A stretch of DNA of 64,000 bases, from NCBI RefSeq assembly GCF_006345805.1, contig NC_042998.1, forward strand, positions 162,254,001-162,318,000, read 5' to 3'. Both the position numbers and the translations under genes were made by a program. Origin of the DNA: Octopus sinensis. Lineage: Eukaryota. The stretch's first letter is position 1; each line of letters starts with the position of its first letter. The notes under the pieces were generated by a model, which saw only the letters and a list, made by a program, of their open reading frames with translations, made no database searches and was not told the origin of the DNA. Below are positions 1 through 11,825 of the stretch, piece after piece.

Positions 1-187
1 CAGTGGGCAGACAGAATCTTTAGCACACCAGTCAAAATGTTTAGGGGCATTTTGTCCGTCTTCACATTCTGAGTTCAAATTCCGCTGAGGTTGACTTTAC
101 CTTTCATCCTTTCATTGCGGTTGATGTAATCAACTTACTCACCCACCCAACACTGTTGGCTGTGTGCCAAAATTTGAAATCTATATT
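1..187 (+). mobile_element. SINE family B copy (tRNA-like head, 'tail 2' type)
   Basis: Carries the family core ttctgagttcaaattccgctgaggttgactttacctttcatcc and ends ggctgtgtgccaaaatttgaaat; matches about 20 other copies in the window. Confidence 0.8.
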
Positions 188-645
188 ACAAGATATTTCA
201 TATCTTATGTGGCATTTAAGTGTTTTTTGATTTTTGAAAGTTTCACAGATTTATGAGACATGTGGTATATCACACAGACCTCATGGGGAAACAGCTTTGA
301 GTCTACAAAAAAGAAAATCCTTATTTTTGTTTTTTTATGCTTTGGTTGCTGCCAGTATTGTAATTTATAATTAATTATACCCCAAAGAGAACACAGACTA
401 CCCAGGCATCTAATCCTGCATATAATTTTCAAGTCTGAGAATAAGTGTCTTGTTGCTTCAGAATTCTTCCTCCCATGGTCATTCAGTGCTGTGTCACTAA
501 TCAACCCCAAAACTGATTAATGGTTCTAAACATCAGTGTTGTTTAATTTGTATTAAATGTTAATTTTTTTTTTTTTTGTTATGATGTTTAGTAGGTTAGA
601 CCCAACCAAAATTACTTTCGTGCTGTAATCTAAGATTTAACTTAC

Positions 646-700
646 CTCTACAGTTTCCTGGTAGAAAATGACTAACCAATTAGTTGATGCTGACAATACA
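646..700 (-). other. Possible small exon on the minus strand (VLSASTNWLVIFYQETVE)
   Basis: Minus strand reads ttatttctag|tgtattgtc...actgtagag|gtaagt; only one frame is open. Splice signals only, no homology recognised. Confidence 0.2.
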
Positions 701-806
701 CTAGAAATAAGATTCAAGTCATATCATTTTACTGAAACTTGAACAATTTATTAAAGCTCTCTTTTTCCTCATTTATGTCTTTCTTTATAGTGATGAGAGA
801 AGTAAA

Positions 807-843
<37 letters not shown>

Positions 844-1212
844 ATGTATTCATTGTTATTTTACTGTTATTCTGCTTAACTGAAGCCAGATGTCTCAGCT
901 GGTTATTAACATGTCATATTTTTAGAGAATTTTACAGAAGAATAGTGAATATGATAAATTGGTTTGTTTGTGTCATTGAAGTGATCTGGTGAGAGTAAAC
1001 AAATACAAGTCGAGTTTGACCCTTTTCTAAAGACAAAAAGAAACAAGATCGTTTTGCAAAGTTGAAGTGTTGTGGGTTTGGTGGGTTTCAAGTTGGAAAA
1101 TTCTTGAATTTAATAAATCAAATCTTTGCATGTATAAAACGGTTTTCTTGTGCGTGTATGTGTTTTGGTGTTTGTGTGTGTATGTGTGTGTGTGTGTGTG
1201 CATATTTCTTTA

Positions 1213-1637
1213 TCTCTTACTTTTATCTTTTGCTCGTTTCAGTCATTAGACTGTGGTCATACTGGGGCACTACCCCGAGGAGTTTTCGTTGAACTGATCA
1301 ACCCTAGTACTTACTTTATTTTTTTGTTTTTAAGCCTGGTACTTATTCTTTTGGTCTCTTTTGCTGAACTGCTAAGTTATGGGGATGTAAACATACCAAC
1401 ACCAGTCGTCAAGTGGTGTTGGTGGTGGGACAAACAGACACAAAGATACATACACATACTAACACACACACACACACACTCACATATACGACAGCCTTCT
1501 CTTAGATTCCATCTACCAAATCCACTCACAAGGCTTTGGTTGACCGGATGCTATAGTAGAGGACACTTGCCCAAGGTGCCATGCAGTGTGATTGAACCCA
1601 GAACCACATGGTTGGGAAACAAACTTCTTACCACACA
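1213..1637 (-). mobile_element. SINE family A copy (tRNA-like head, CORE-like ccttgggcaag segment, internal CA/TA microsatellite, (gagtaaaa) tail)
   Basis: Colinear with the near-consensus copy at 61369-61800. Confidence 0.85.
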
Positions 1638-1654
1638 TATATGTATAAATATAT

Positions 1655-2030
1655 ATCATCATCATCATCATCATCATTTAATGTCCTTTTTCCATACTAA
1701 AACGGGTTGGACAATTTTACATGAACTAACAAGCTAGAGAAGCTTGTACTGAGCACTAGTATCTACTTTTGCAGGGTTTCTACAGCTGGGTGCCCTTTCT
1801 AGTGCCAACCATTTCACAGAATGTGCTGGGTGCTTTTTCCATGGCACCAGCACTTGTGAAGCCACCAAGTAACTTGCAAGAAAAGACCGTTTTTCAACTC
1901 AGTGATTACAAGTATTGAGGTATATGTAAATATGATAGAAGGACAAGAGCAAGCATCTTGTTGAAGAGATGAATGTCTGGCTTCCCCATCTGACTGGCTC
2001 TTATGCTGGTGGCATGAAATAAGCATCATC
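1655..2030 (-). mobile_element. RTE-LINE-related 3' UTR remnant with (TGA)n tail
   Basis: Contains agaaagggcacccagctgtagaaac...gtccaacccg...atggaaaaggacattaaatgatgatg, like the 3' end of the RTE copy at 36171-37134. Confidence 0.6.
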
Positions 2031-2098
2031 TGGAAAGAGATAGAAAAAGAGAGAGAAAGAGAGAGAGAGAAAGAGAAAAATGAGGCCTACATACAAGG

Positions 2099-2100
2099 TG

Positions 2101-2151
<51 letters not shown>

Positions 2152-2202
2152 TATATATATGTATATATATATGTATATATATGTATATATATATGTATAT
2201 AT

Positions 2203-2242
<40 letters not shown>

Positions 2243-2243
2243 G

Positions 2244-2280
<37 letters not shown>

Positions 2281-2299
2281 GTGTGTATATATATATATA
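2099..2299. repeat. Compound (TA)n/(TG)n microsatellite
   Basis: Visible directly; explains the Y/I/H/T-rich pseudo-ORFs. Confidence 0.95.
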
Positions 2300-2495
2300 T
2301 CAAAATCAAAATTTTAGAAATCAAAATTGAAACTCAAATCACAATCAAATAGAAATTGTAGTTGTGGCCAATGCCAGTGCCACCTGACTGGCTCTCATAC
2401 TGGTGGCACACAATAAGTACCATTCATGCATGGGACATTGCCAGTTCTGACTGGCTCCCTGTGCTGGTGGCATGTAAAAAGGACCATCTGAACGT
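2300..2495 (+). mobile_element. RTE 3' UTR fragment with tandem hairpin units
   Basis: Units gccagt..actggc..gtgctggtggcatgtaaaaag, as at 36330-36550 and 54840-55140. Confidence 0.6.
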
Positions 2496-2653
2496 CCTTT
2501 TTGTATCATAAAAGCAGGGATGGTCTTGGTGGGGGTTGATATAAAAGGGTTAAATTGCTACCTTTCAAGTCAACTTAGAAGATTCTGTATGGTTGTCCTA
2601 CTGTCTGGAAATAGCAGCAAAATCTCCCTAAAATCACACTCACCTGTCTTTAA

Positions 2654-3204
2654 CCCTTTGGCATTTAAACCAGCCATATCCAGCTAAAATATTTAACTTA
2701 TTTTAGGTTCGAACCAGCCAGCTCCAGTCACTCACACCTAGCCTACAATGTCATTTTAGAAATTAATGATTGCTGAGACCCCCTTCAGTCATGACTGACC
2801 ATGGGACTGCACCCAGAAGGCCACCCTCCCAGGCACAAGTCCGGCAAGGTTGCTTAAGAAAGACTAACAGTTACCCATGCACACCAGCCTCCACTCTCCA
2901 CACCACCAGTGTTATCCAAGGGAAAGGCAACTGCAGATACAGCTTGGTGCCTGTGATGTCACAACTCATTTCTACAGCTGAGTGAACTGGAGCAACGTGA
3001 AATAAAGTGTCTTGCTCAAGAACACAGCACACAGCCCGGTCCGGGATTCAAACTCACAACCTCACGATTGTAAACTTGACACTCTAACCACTGAGCCATG
3101 CGCCTTCACAAATTAATGATTACTACCAAAATTGCAAAGCTATGAGATAATGCATGATTAATTCAAAACAATGTGAATAAACAAGTATTGCATTTGCTAT
3201 AGGG
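2654..3204. mobile_element. piggyBac-type MITE containing a SINE D
   Basis: ttaa|ccctttgg at 2650-2661 and aggg..ttaa at 3201-3210; CCC...GGG ends in a TTAA context. Confidence 0.55.
2772..3109 (-). mobile_element. tRNA-derived CORE-like SINE (family D, tail Y)
   Basis: A box tggctcagtgg, B-box-like gtttgaatccc, CORE-like tgtgttcttgagcaagacact; 12-bp TSD aaattaatgatt at 2760-2771 and 3110-3121. Confidence 0.9.
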
Positions 3205-4119
3205 TTTTAAAAAAAAGAATCAGATACATTAGATAATGTATTTCCTAAATCATGTAAAAATGATGAGATGGTCATGGCAGGAATGCTGTTGATGATAAAT
3301 CTGCTAGAGGAGACATTAATTTGGGCCAAGCAGCAACAACATAAACTTGTCTGTCCTTCTGAAATTGTCTTGATTTATCTTTTGTTAAAGTTTATGCCAA
3401 ATATCAGTCATTTTTACTTCACAACCAAGAGGAAAATAAAGAATAAAAATGGGAAAAAAAAATACCTAAAGTAATGTTTAATATTTCTAAGACATTGAAA
3501 GAAATTACATTTGATGCAATATTTCTATTCAATTGTCTTATTTGAACAATATACTCACTTTCAAGTATATCTTACATAAAGTGTTATTTTATAGATTTTT
3601 AAATGAACTTTGAAAAAAAATATCGAATAATAATAATGATTGTCTCATAAAAGTTATTTTCCTCATGTTTTCCAGTAGATTGATATCTATATGACTGATA
3701 GTTAGGCACACATTCACACAGCTTACTACAACAGTTAGTGTACCAATATGATGTCATGTAATCTCTCTCCTCTGTCACTCTCTTCCCCTGCTTTCTTCTC
3801 CTTCTCTCTCTCCTAGCATTATTACAATTGTCTTTGATACTTTGAATTAATAAACAATGTTAACATCCTCCCCAAACTTACCCCATTTGATGTACCCACC
3901 ACTTCTATGCCACCTCATCTGTCTCCTCCTCTTCCTTCTGTTCCTGTTGTCTCACATTACACCTTCTATGTTGTGAACATTTTATTCAATCCTTCCTCCA
4001 CAAAATTCTAACCCACTGGAATAACCTTCCACACAAATATGTACAAACGAGAAAGCACCTACAAAGTCACTCAATCTGCTAGAAGCAGCAGCCAAATTTC
4101 CATCAAATCCTGTCCCACA

Positions 4120-4507
4120 CTTTTACTCTTTTACTTGTTTCAGTCATTTGACTGCAGCCATGCTGGAGCACCACCTTTAGTCAAACAAATCAACCCCAGG
4201 ACTTATGTTTTGTAAGCCTAGTACTTATTCAGTCAGTCTCATTGCCAAATTGCTAAGTTAGAAGGATGTAAACACACCAACATAGGTTGTCAAGCAATAG
4301 TTGGGGGACAAACACAGACACATGCACACACACACACACACATATGATGGGCTTCCTTCAGTTTCCATCTACAAATCCACTTATAAGGCTTTGGTCAGCC
4401 TGAGGCTCCAGTAGAAGACGCTTACTTAAGGTGTCACACAGTGTGACTGAACCCGGATCCATGTGGTTGGGAAGCAAGCTTCTTACCACACAGCCACTCC
4501 AGTGCCT
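4120..4507 (-). mobile_element. SINE family A copy, full length
   Basis: Head aggcactggagtggctgtgtggtaagaagc through tail gaaacaagtaaaagagtaaaag. Confidence 0.9.
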
Positions 4508-4705
4508 ATCTTAAAAAAAATAATCTTCAACATTTTATAAAGCTAGCAGAAAGAGTGCCCTCTGGGTAGTTTACTCCTAATCATTGGATGATATTTACAC
4601 TTTTGATTGCCAATTTATGCAATTTTCCTAATATGTTACATTTAATCTTCATTTGTATCAATTATTTGTCTACTAGTACTCACTTCAAGAATTTGAACCT
4701 TTCAA

Positions 4706-4850
4706 TATTTACATTATTTACATTTGACGGATATTTGTCTTCATCTTGTTTGTTATTAACACAATGTTTCGGCTGATATACCCTCCAGCCTTCATCAGAT
4801 GTCTTGGGGAAATTTCAAACCTGGTTCTCATTCCTAAGGTAGTTTTCAAT
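4706..4850 (-). mobile_element. Penelope-like terminal repeat or retrozyme-like remnant carrying a hammerhead motif
   Basis: Contains CTGATGA-stem-GAAA on the minus strand followed by an A-rich end (aaatgtaaataatgtaaata). Confidence 0.55.
4758..4803 (-). ncRNA. Minimal type-I hammerhead ribozyme motif (probably decayed)
   Basis: gacat-CTGATGA-a-ggctgg(agggtata)tcagcc-GAAA-catt-gtgtt: core present, stem II and stem I pair, vestigial stem III. Confidence 0.6.
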
Positions 4851-5442
4851 GTTATTATTATTGTTGTTGTTGTTGCCTTTGCACAGCTTCTAACGCTGGA
4901 AGTGTACTACAGTGTCAGCTGTTCACTACCAGTGAACTAAGGTAACACCTCTTATTTTTTGAGCACTTTCCGAAGTATTCGAGTGGTTTCAAGCAGTGCT
5001 GTTTTCTGTAAGTGCTCCACCTTTATTTCAGCCCCTATTTGTTCCACGTACTTCTCGAGATTTTTGCTCACCGTTCCCTAGGCTTTGACAATTATCGATA
5101 CTACTACTACCTTTTTCATCGAACACAACTGCTTAACTTCCCAAGCTAACCTGTCATATCTCTTGACTTTACTTTCTTCCTTATTGCATACCTTGTTGTG
5201 AGCTGGGCATGCTATGTCTATGATCCAGCATAGTTTGTTTTCTTTCTCAATTAAGACTATGTCCAGCTTCCTATTCTCAATCTCATGGATGCACTGAATC
5301 ATAAAATCCCATAGGACCTTTGCATTTCTATATTCAACAATGCCTTCAGGTTTGTGGTCGTACCAATTTTTTGCTCTGTCAAGTCCATACTTGTTGCAAA
5401 GTGTCCAATGGACAAGCCTGGCTATATTGTCATGGCTTCTCT
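4851..5442 (-). mobile_element. 5'-truncated R4/Dong-like non-LTR retrotransposon (restriction-like endonuclease C-terminus, 3' UTR, (AAC/AAT) tail)
   Basis: RSHDNIARLVHW...WDFMIQC..EIENRKLDIVL...IIDIACP...KVKRY..LAWE...LQKTALLETTRILRKVL, with one stop. Confidence 0.85.
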
Positions 5443-5596
5443 TATTTTTATTTTTGTCAGAAAAAGGTTGTGTATAAACACACATACAAACACAACACAC
5501 ATGTACTCACACACGGACACTCTCTCACACACACACACACACGTGCGTGCGTGTGTGTATATCATATATTATTATGCATATTTACTTTTGCCCAGT

Positions 5597-5923
5597 GTGA
5601 AGGCGCGTGGCTTAGTGGTTAGAGCATTTGACTCACGATTGTAAGGTCGTGATTTCGATTCCCGGCGACATATTGTGTGCTTGAGCAAGACACTTTATTT
5701 CATGTTGCTCCAGTCCAATCAGCTGGCAAAAATGAGTTGTACCTGTATTTCAAAGGGCCGACCTTGTCACACTCTGTGTCATACTGAATCTCCCTGAGAA
5801 CTACGTTAGGGGTACGTGTGTCTGTGGATTGCTCAGTCACTTGCACGTTAATTTTATGAGCAAGCTCTTCCGTTGATTGTATCAGCTGGGACCCTCGTCG
5901 TCATAACCAATAGAGTGCTCCTA
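5597..5923 (+). mobile_element. tRNA-derived CORE-like SINE (family D head, tail X)
   Basis: A box tggcttagtgg, B box tttcgattccc, cttgagcaagacactt; imperfect TSD ttacttttgc..agt at 5582-5596 and 5924-5939. Confidence 0.9.
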
Positions 5924-6129
5924 TTACTTTTGCTCTAGTTTTAGCAAGAGAACAGTGCTATGCTGGACAGTACCACCATCAATATTGCAGTAGATGTCAT
6001 TCTGAGTTTGAGATTTTATGTATAAGAGAGAAGCTCAGTGCCGTTTGTCTCATAGCTTCTTTTTTTTTTTTTTTCTGCAATGCAAATTCATTCGAGATTT
6101 TATACAGCAGTGGAATGTCTAAATATTAT

Positions 6130-6745
6130 TTTAGTTCATTGACATCGATTCCCTCATGCTATGTATGCTCCTAAATCAAGCCAGTTCTTTAGCTATTCCT
6201 TGTTTGAGATATGGTTTGAGGGTGATGACCAAAAGTACATTACTTGCATGTGGTATGAGAGTGATTCTTCTTTAATTCTCACATATAAGTAGGTTTCCCT
6301 CCTTGTGTATAGGTACATATTTTGTTGAGCACCAATCTGACAGCCTCTTCTTTTCTCTCCAGATTTTATAGCACAGTTTGCAGAGTATTACTAAGGTACT
6401 GTCTTTTGCATCCTTGATCAGTTCAGTTAGCACTGCATGTTGATCTAGTGCTTTCCTGTGTTTTTTTAATCTTTTCCAGGCCTCTTTCTACCTCATTCCT
6501 CAGTGGTTCAGTTCTTTCCCATGCCCTAAATCTGTGTCAACCATAGCAACCACAGGATCACTTTCATACAGTTTCTTGGTGTAATCTAACCATCTTTGCT
6601 TTACCTGTTGTGTTGCTGTTGGAACTACTTCCTCTTGCGATTTGATACTGCTTGTCTTTGCAGTATATTCCCCTTTGTGTTCCTTCACCTGCTGGAAAAG
6701 ACATTTTAAGTTATTGCATCCTGCTTGTTCTTCTTTATCTAAGCC
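6130..6745 (-). pseudogene. Decayed RTE-clade LINE fragment (region entering the reverse transcriptase)
   Basis: VKQRWLDYTKKLY...KHRKALDQHAVLTELIK...LCYKIWREK...DW...VPIHKEGNLLICEN*RRITLIPHASNVL resembles the KAPGxD...PxxKKG...CxNYRxIxL motifs; stops and frameshifts. Confidence 0.8.
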
Positions 6746-7009
6746 TTAAGAAAACAAAAACATGGTAGTAAGAAAAGAGAAATAAATGTTGACATCAAAC
6801 TAGGCAGTGAGAGGATTGAACAAATTGTACAAGTTGTATTTTAGAGTCCAAATTTCTGATGAAGCCAACAAGTAAGAAAGAAATTATGACATGGCTAGAA
6901 TGTCTATGGCTATAATAGAAGACATCTACCCAAGGTACCACACAATAGGATTGAACCCAGAACCATGTGGTTGGGAAGCAAACTTCTTACCACACAACCA
7001 TGCCAGTGC

Positions 7010-7048
<39 letters not shown>

Positions 7049-7653
7049 TTGTATAATAAATTCTTTACATATCATGGGATTTTGCACCACTGTCAGGTCC
7101 TTAAGCATCTTTTGTGAAGTCCACTCTATTGTAAGCTTTTGGGCTAAATATCAGATTTGAAAATAGCTTGATATATTGATACAGTACTCCCTGCTCCAGC
7201 AACCCTTAAATTGGAATTTATTCAATCCATTCTTTTTGTTAGTTATAAAGGTTTTGCAAAATACTATGAGGACCACCATCCCTCCTTTGACTAAGTCTTA
7301 AAAATGTTTCTAAAAGTTAAATAGAAATGTTTAATAAATAACTGAAACTGATGATCTCAAAGAATTTTGGATATAACTTATCCTTAACAACCTAGAAGGC
7401 TGTTGGAGAAAATATGGATGAAATATGCAATGGAAGGAAGAAATCTTCAAACTTATTGTATGATTTATAGATTTGTAATAGGCTTGGGGTTAAATAATCA
7501 AATGTTCTCCAAAATACATAATGCAAGAATCTCAGATGGTGAGCTTCGATTTGTATAAAGTGGCAGGTTTGATTTGTTCTGATTGAATTTGAGTTGGAAG
7601 AGATGCTCATAGAGCTTAGTAAACCCTTGAGGTAAATATCATGCCACACTTCA

Positions 7654-7688
<35 letters not shown>

Positions 7689-7959
7689 TATATATATATA
7701 TATATATATGCATATCCTCCTTTATCTTTCACTCTCTCTAGCTTTGATTCTGTCTTTATCTTTCTCTCTTTCTTATACCAAATATTAACCAAATAAGTAA
7801 TTCAGCAAGCGTTTATCCCTATGCACCCACAAACTACAGACACCGTGCAGATTTGTAGCACTGAAATGCCTCTTTTCAAAACTAACCAAAACTAATTGGT
7901 TTCGCTGCGGAATCAGTATTTCTTTAATGGTGTCTGCTTCTTGTCTTGTCTTCTTCTAG

Positions 7960-8009
7960 ACATCCTACCATGTCAATGTATCATGTTGTCATTTGATATT
8001 TCAAACTAA
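7960..8009 (+). other. Possible 50-nt exon (TSYHVNVSCCHLIFQT in frame 0)
   Basis: Strong pyrimidine tract cttcttgtcttgtcttcttctag| and donor aa|gtaagt in non-repetitive sequence; no homology recognised. Confidence 0.25.
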
Positions 8010-8481
8010 GTAAGTACAGCTTGTTTGGGGTTTGACCTGAGGCAATCTGCTAGGATCTTCAGAAGATATGAAAATACATTATTCGTCATGGTTCCTGTAA
8101 AAGGAGTCCTTCAGAAGGGAGTTAGTCACTCTTAGAGACACTTTCCGTGTTTGTCGGAGATCATTCATATAAGAATGCTTGACCTTTAACAAATAAACTA
8201 AACATGCATTTTATCAGTTTTGATAACTGTAAAATTAGGAGGAAGATGACTCACTGATAAAACATCTGATCAGATACTGCGCATACATATATCCCTCTAT
8301 AACTGAATCATATATATATATATACACTCACATATATACATATATATTATATACACATATATACATACATATATTATCACTTTCGCATAGAACTATTGTC
8401 ACCATAACATAGCTGAATGAGAGATAGAAAGATGTGAGAGTGTGTGATTGCATGTTTTGATTTCATATTTTTAGAAATGCT

Positions 8482-8515
<34 letters not shown>

Positions 8516-8910
8516 ATTTTGGTTGTCTGTCAGATGGTAATATATTATGTCCTGACTGACACAAGAGTATATAGATATGTATATATATCTGCACACACAC
8601 ATGTAGATATATATCCTTGTATATGCTTAAATTAAGTGTCAGTGTGTATATGCATCTATATATGTGTGTATCTATAGATATAATGCATCTACATATGTAT
8701 ATGTGTCTATGTATATGTATATATAGATACATATATATATATATTTGCATGTATGTATAAGTGTATATGTACATGTATATGTATGTATTCATTTTTACCA
8801 GGAAAAATTTATCAATGACTTTGGAGTTCCACTTTGCCCTGTCCAATCTGATGAAAGTGAGCAAGCCAAAACTTCAAAGTCACTGTCAACTATTTACTTG
8901 TAAAAGTAAC

Positions 8911-8944
<34 letters not shown>

Positions 8945-11263
8945 TCTACTAAAAATTATCAGATAGCCCTTCAGTTAAATTGTTTTATATTTATATACCG
9001 CTTGACATAAATCAAACATTAAAACATGTGTTAAAAATGCATGTGTCTGTGTGTATCTAGTGGGACATCCCCTTTTTTTATGCATGTACCTGATGTGACA
9101 TAAACTGCACAAATTGATGCAACACAATTAGATGCACAGTATTCCACCCATAATGGACAGTTGCAGGATTGGTCGAAATGATCATTGTACTGAATAAAAA
9201 CTAGTGCTGAATCTATTTTCCGTTTCCTTTATCAATTATTGTGTGTGTACGCGTGTGTGTGTGAGAGAGAGATAAGAAGACAAGGAATTACAAGGAAGTG
9301 TCAGTCCAACATATTCAGCCACACATATTGCATAATCTTTGACATGGAATCATTTACATGCAATGGCATTGGAAACAGTGTGGTACAGAAACAAATGTAA
9401 CACTCATAGATCGGTAGATATCATATATAATAGGATATGATATGATGTAATGATATCTGTTTAGCCATGGTTTCAAGCACTCAACTAATAAGTATTCTCT
9501 ATATTTATACCTATTCATTTTAAACATATATTTAGTTTTGTGACTATTTTATTATCATCACTCACAGGCAACCAATCTGAACTATTTACCTGTTGTGCCT
9601 ATAAATTGGTATTCTATCATATTCCAAACACTGACTTCTAATTCTCAAGTTATTTTGCAATCAATTTTTCTGGGACTTTTTAAATCAGAATAAAGAATAC
9701 ATATGAAGTGATAAATACAGCACAAAATTTTGTTTTCATTTTGTTTAATATTTCAGTCTTTGAATCTTGGTCATTTTCAACTGAGCAGATTTATCATCAA
9801 AAGACATTCCAGCCATGGACAGTTTATATTTTTTTGTATTTCTGAGTCAATATTAGTCTATATGACTTTCGTTGTCTTTTTTAACTGTTGTGGTTTATTT
9901 GGTTGCTATTTCTAGCCAGCTGAACAACTACATGGTAACTGTCTTGCTGGTGCTTATTTTGTTTAGTCTTAGGCATGTGCATCAACCAGACGATGATTCA
10001 GTGATATAAGATCTTAGTCTCGTAAAGTGATCCAGTTGGGAATTTGAAAAAGTAGCTCAGAACAGCTCTGGACTTGTTGGCTACTCAAGCATTGTTTGAA
10101 ACGACTAAGATCTTTTTATGCAAGACTTTACTTCAAAGGGGAAATTTGGCATAGTCTTGTCTGTATGTAAGGATTTTATTTTTATTTTATTCAGAATTAG
10201 TTTTAAATTTCAGGAACATGTTATGTTTACTAACATGTGAAATTTCTGTTGGGAATGAGCAATTCTATACTGTTTAGGCATCTATATTGCGCTAACATTT
10301 TTATTAAAACTTCTGGGAGTCTAAAAGCATTACAAACGGCTTTTTAAAACTCAACGGTCTTAGGTATATTATACTACAAAGTACATTTTTAGTAGATTTT
10401 CTGGATTTTGTTTTTTTTTCAGAAGTACTACTTTTATTTTTAAATGTCTCTCATTTAAATAATTTGTTTATAATTGAAGATGTGTGGGAAATACAGTGGT
10501 ATTTTTAATGGGCCAATAGGAATGTATTACTAGTGTGCTCCTTGTTTACAAACAACAACTAGAGACTAACTACTATTTATATTGTTTGTTGGAATTAGCA
10601 AATAGGGTGTTACTTTGATATCTTAGTTAAAATACTAGAGACTGAAATAGCAATAACATAGTGTTTTGAATACATATAAATTTTTAGTGTTTAAATTAGT
10701 CATATCCAGCCCAAGTATTCTGCCTGTTTCATGCTGAAACTGACCACAACTGGTCAACCCATGCCAGCATGGAACATGGGTGTTAAATGATAATAATCAT
10801 GATGAACTCATAGGCATGCAGTTTAATAATCTGTTCATTTGCTATACCTTGAGTTAGCATGAACGACTATGCATTTGCTTGACTTGGTAAAAATAGAAGC
10901 CAAATATCCCTCCATTCATAGCCTACCGTCTTAAGAGAAAAGGGAACATTGAATATTTCATCCCTAAATATTTTATATTCCAAATAAAAAGAAAGGATGG
11001 CTGAGGTTAGGCTGTCTTTACTCATTGACCTACTTGCTCAAGGCCTACAAAAATTTCTACATAAATCAAATATATTCCTGAATTGAATCAAAGACATTGA
11101 TCATCTTTTACCTAATTGCCAATACATAGCTTATCATTCTCTCATTTTTTAAATTCTTTGTTGTTTTCTTGAAGGCTTCTATATTTATAAATATGTAAAC
11201 CTACATACAAACATGTCAAATTTAACTATTTCTTGTGATGAACAGTTTTAATCAATTTGATCA

Positions 11264-11300
<37 letters not shown>

Positions 11301-11351
11301 TGCGTATGTGTGCATGTGTGTTTGTGCGTGTGTGTGCATGTGTGTGTATTC

Positions 11352-11611
11352 TATTATTCTTTTACTTGTTTCAGCCATTTGACTGCGGCCATGCTGGAGC
11401 ACTACTTTTAGTCAAACAAATCGACCCCAGGACTTATTCTCTATAAGCCTAGTACTTATTCTATACATCTCTTTTACCGAACCACTAAGTTACAGGGAAG
11501 TAAAGACACCAACATTGGTTGTCAAGCAATGGTGCGGGGACAAACACTGACACACAAATACATACATATACATACATACATACATATATATATATATATA
11601 CACATATACAT

Positions 11612-11644
<33 letters not shown>

Positions 11645-11825
11645 CACACATATACATACATATATATATTCACACTTATATATATATGTACATATACACA
11701 CACACACATACATATATATACATACACAATAGGCTTCTTTCAGTCAATATGTTTGACTAAAAACCTTTCAAGGTGGTGCTCCAACATGGCCACAGTCAAA
11801 GAACTGAAACAAGTAAAAGATAAAC
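11352..11825 (-). mobile_element. SINE A (minus, head lost) abutting an inverted SINE-A tail (plus, about 11744-11825)
   Basis: The tail at about 11358-11405 is the reverse complement of about 11772-11820. Confidence 0.8.

Larger units (their letters stand above)
2577..3340 (+). mobile_element. Old repeat family E, split by a piggyBac-type MITE and a SINE D
   Basis: gaaatagcagcaaaatctccctaaaatcacac (about 2608-2640) resumes as atacattagataatgta...atggtcatggcaggaatgc...caacaac (about 3220-3340). Confidence 0.6.

Noticed and set aside
205-510. 101-aa minus-strand ORF
   Set aside because: Non-ATG start, no recognisable motif or splice context.
6856-6870. CTGATGA motif
   Set aside because: No stem II or GAAA follows; the context is a decayed SINE-B head.
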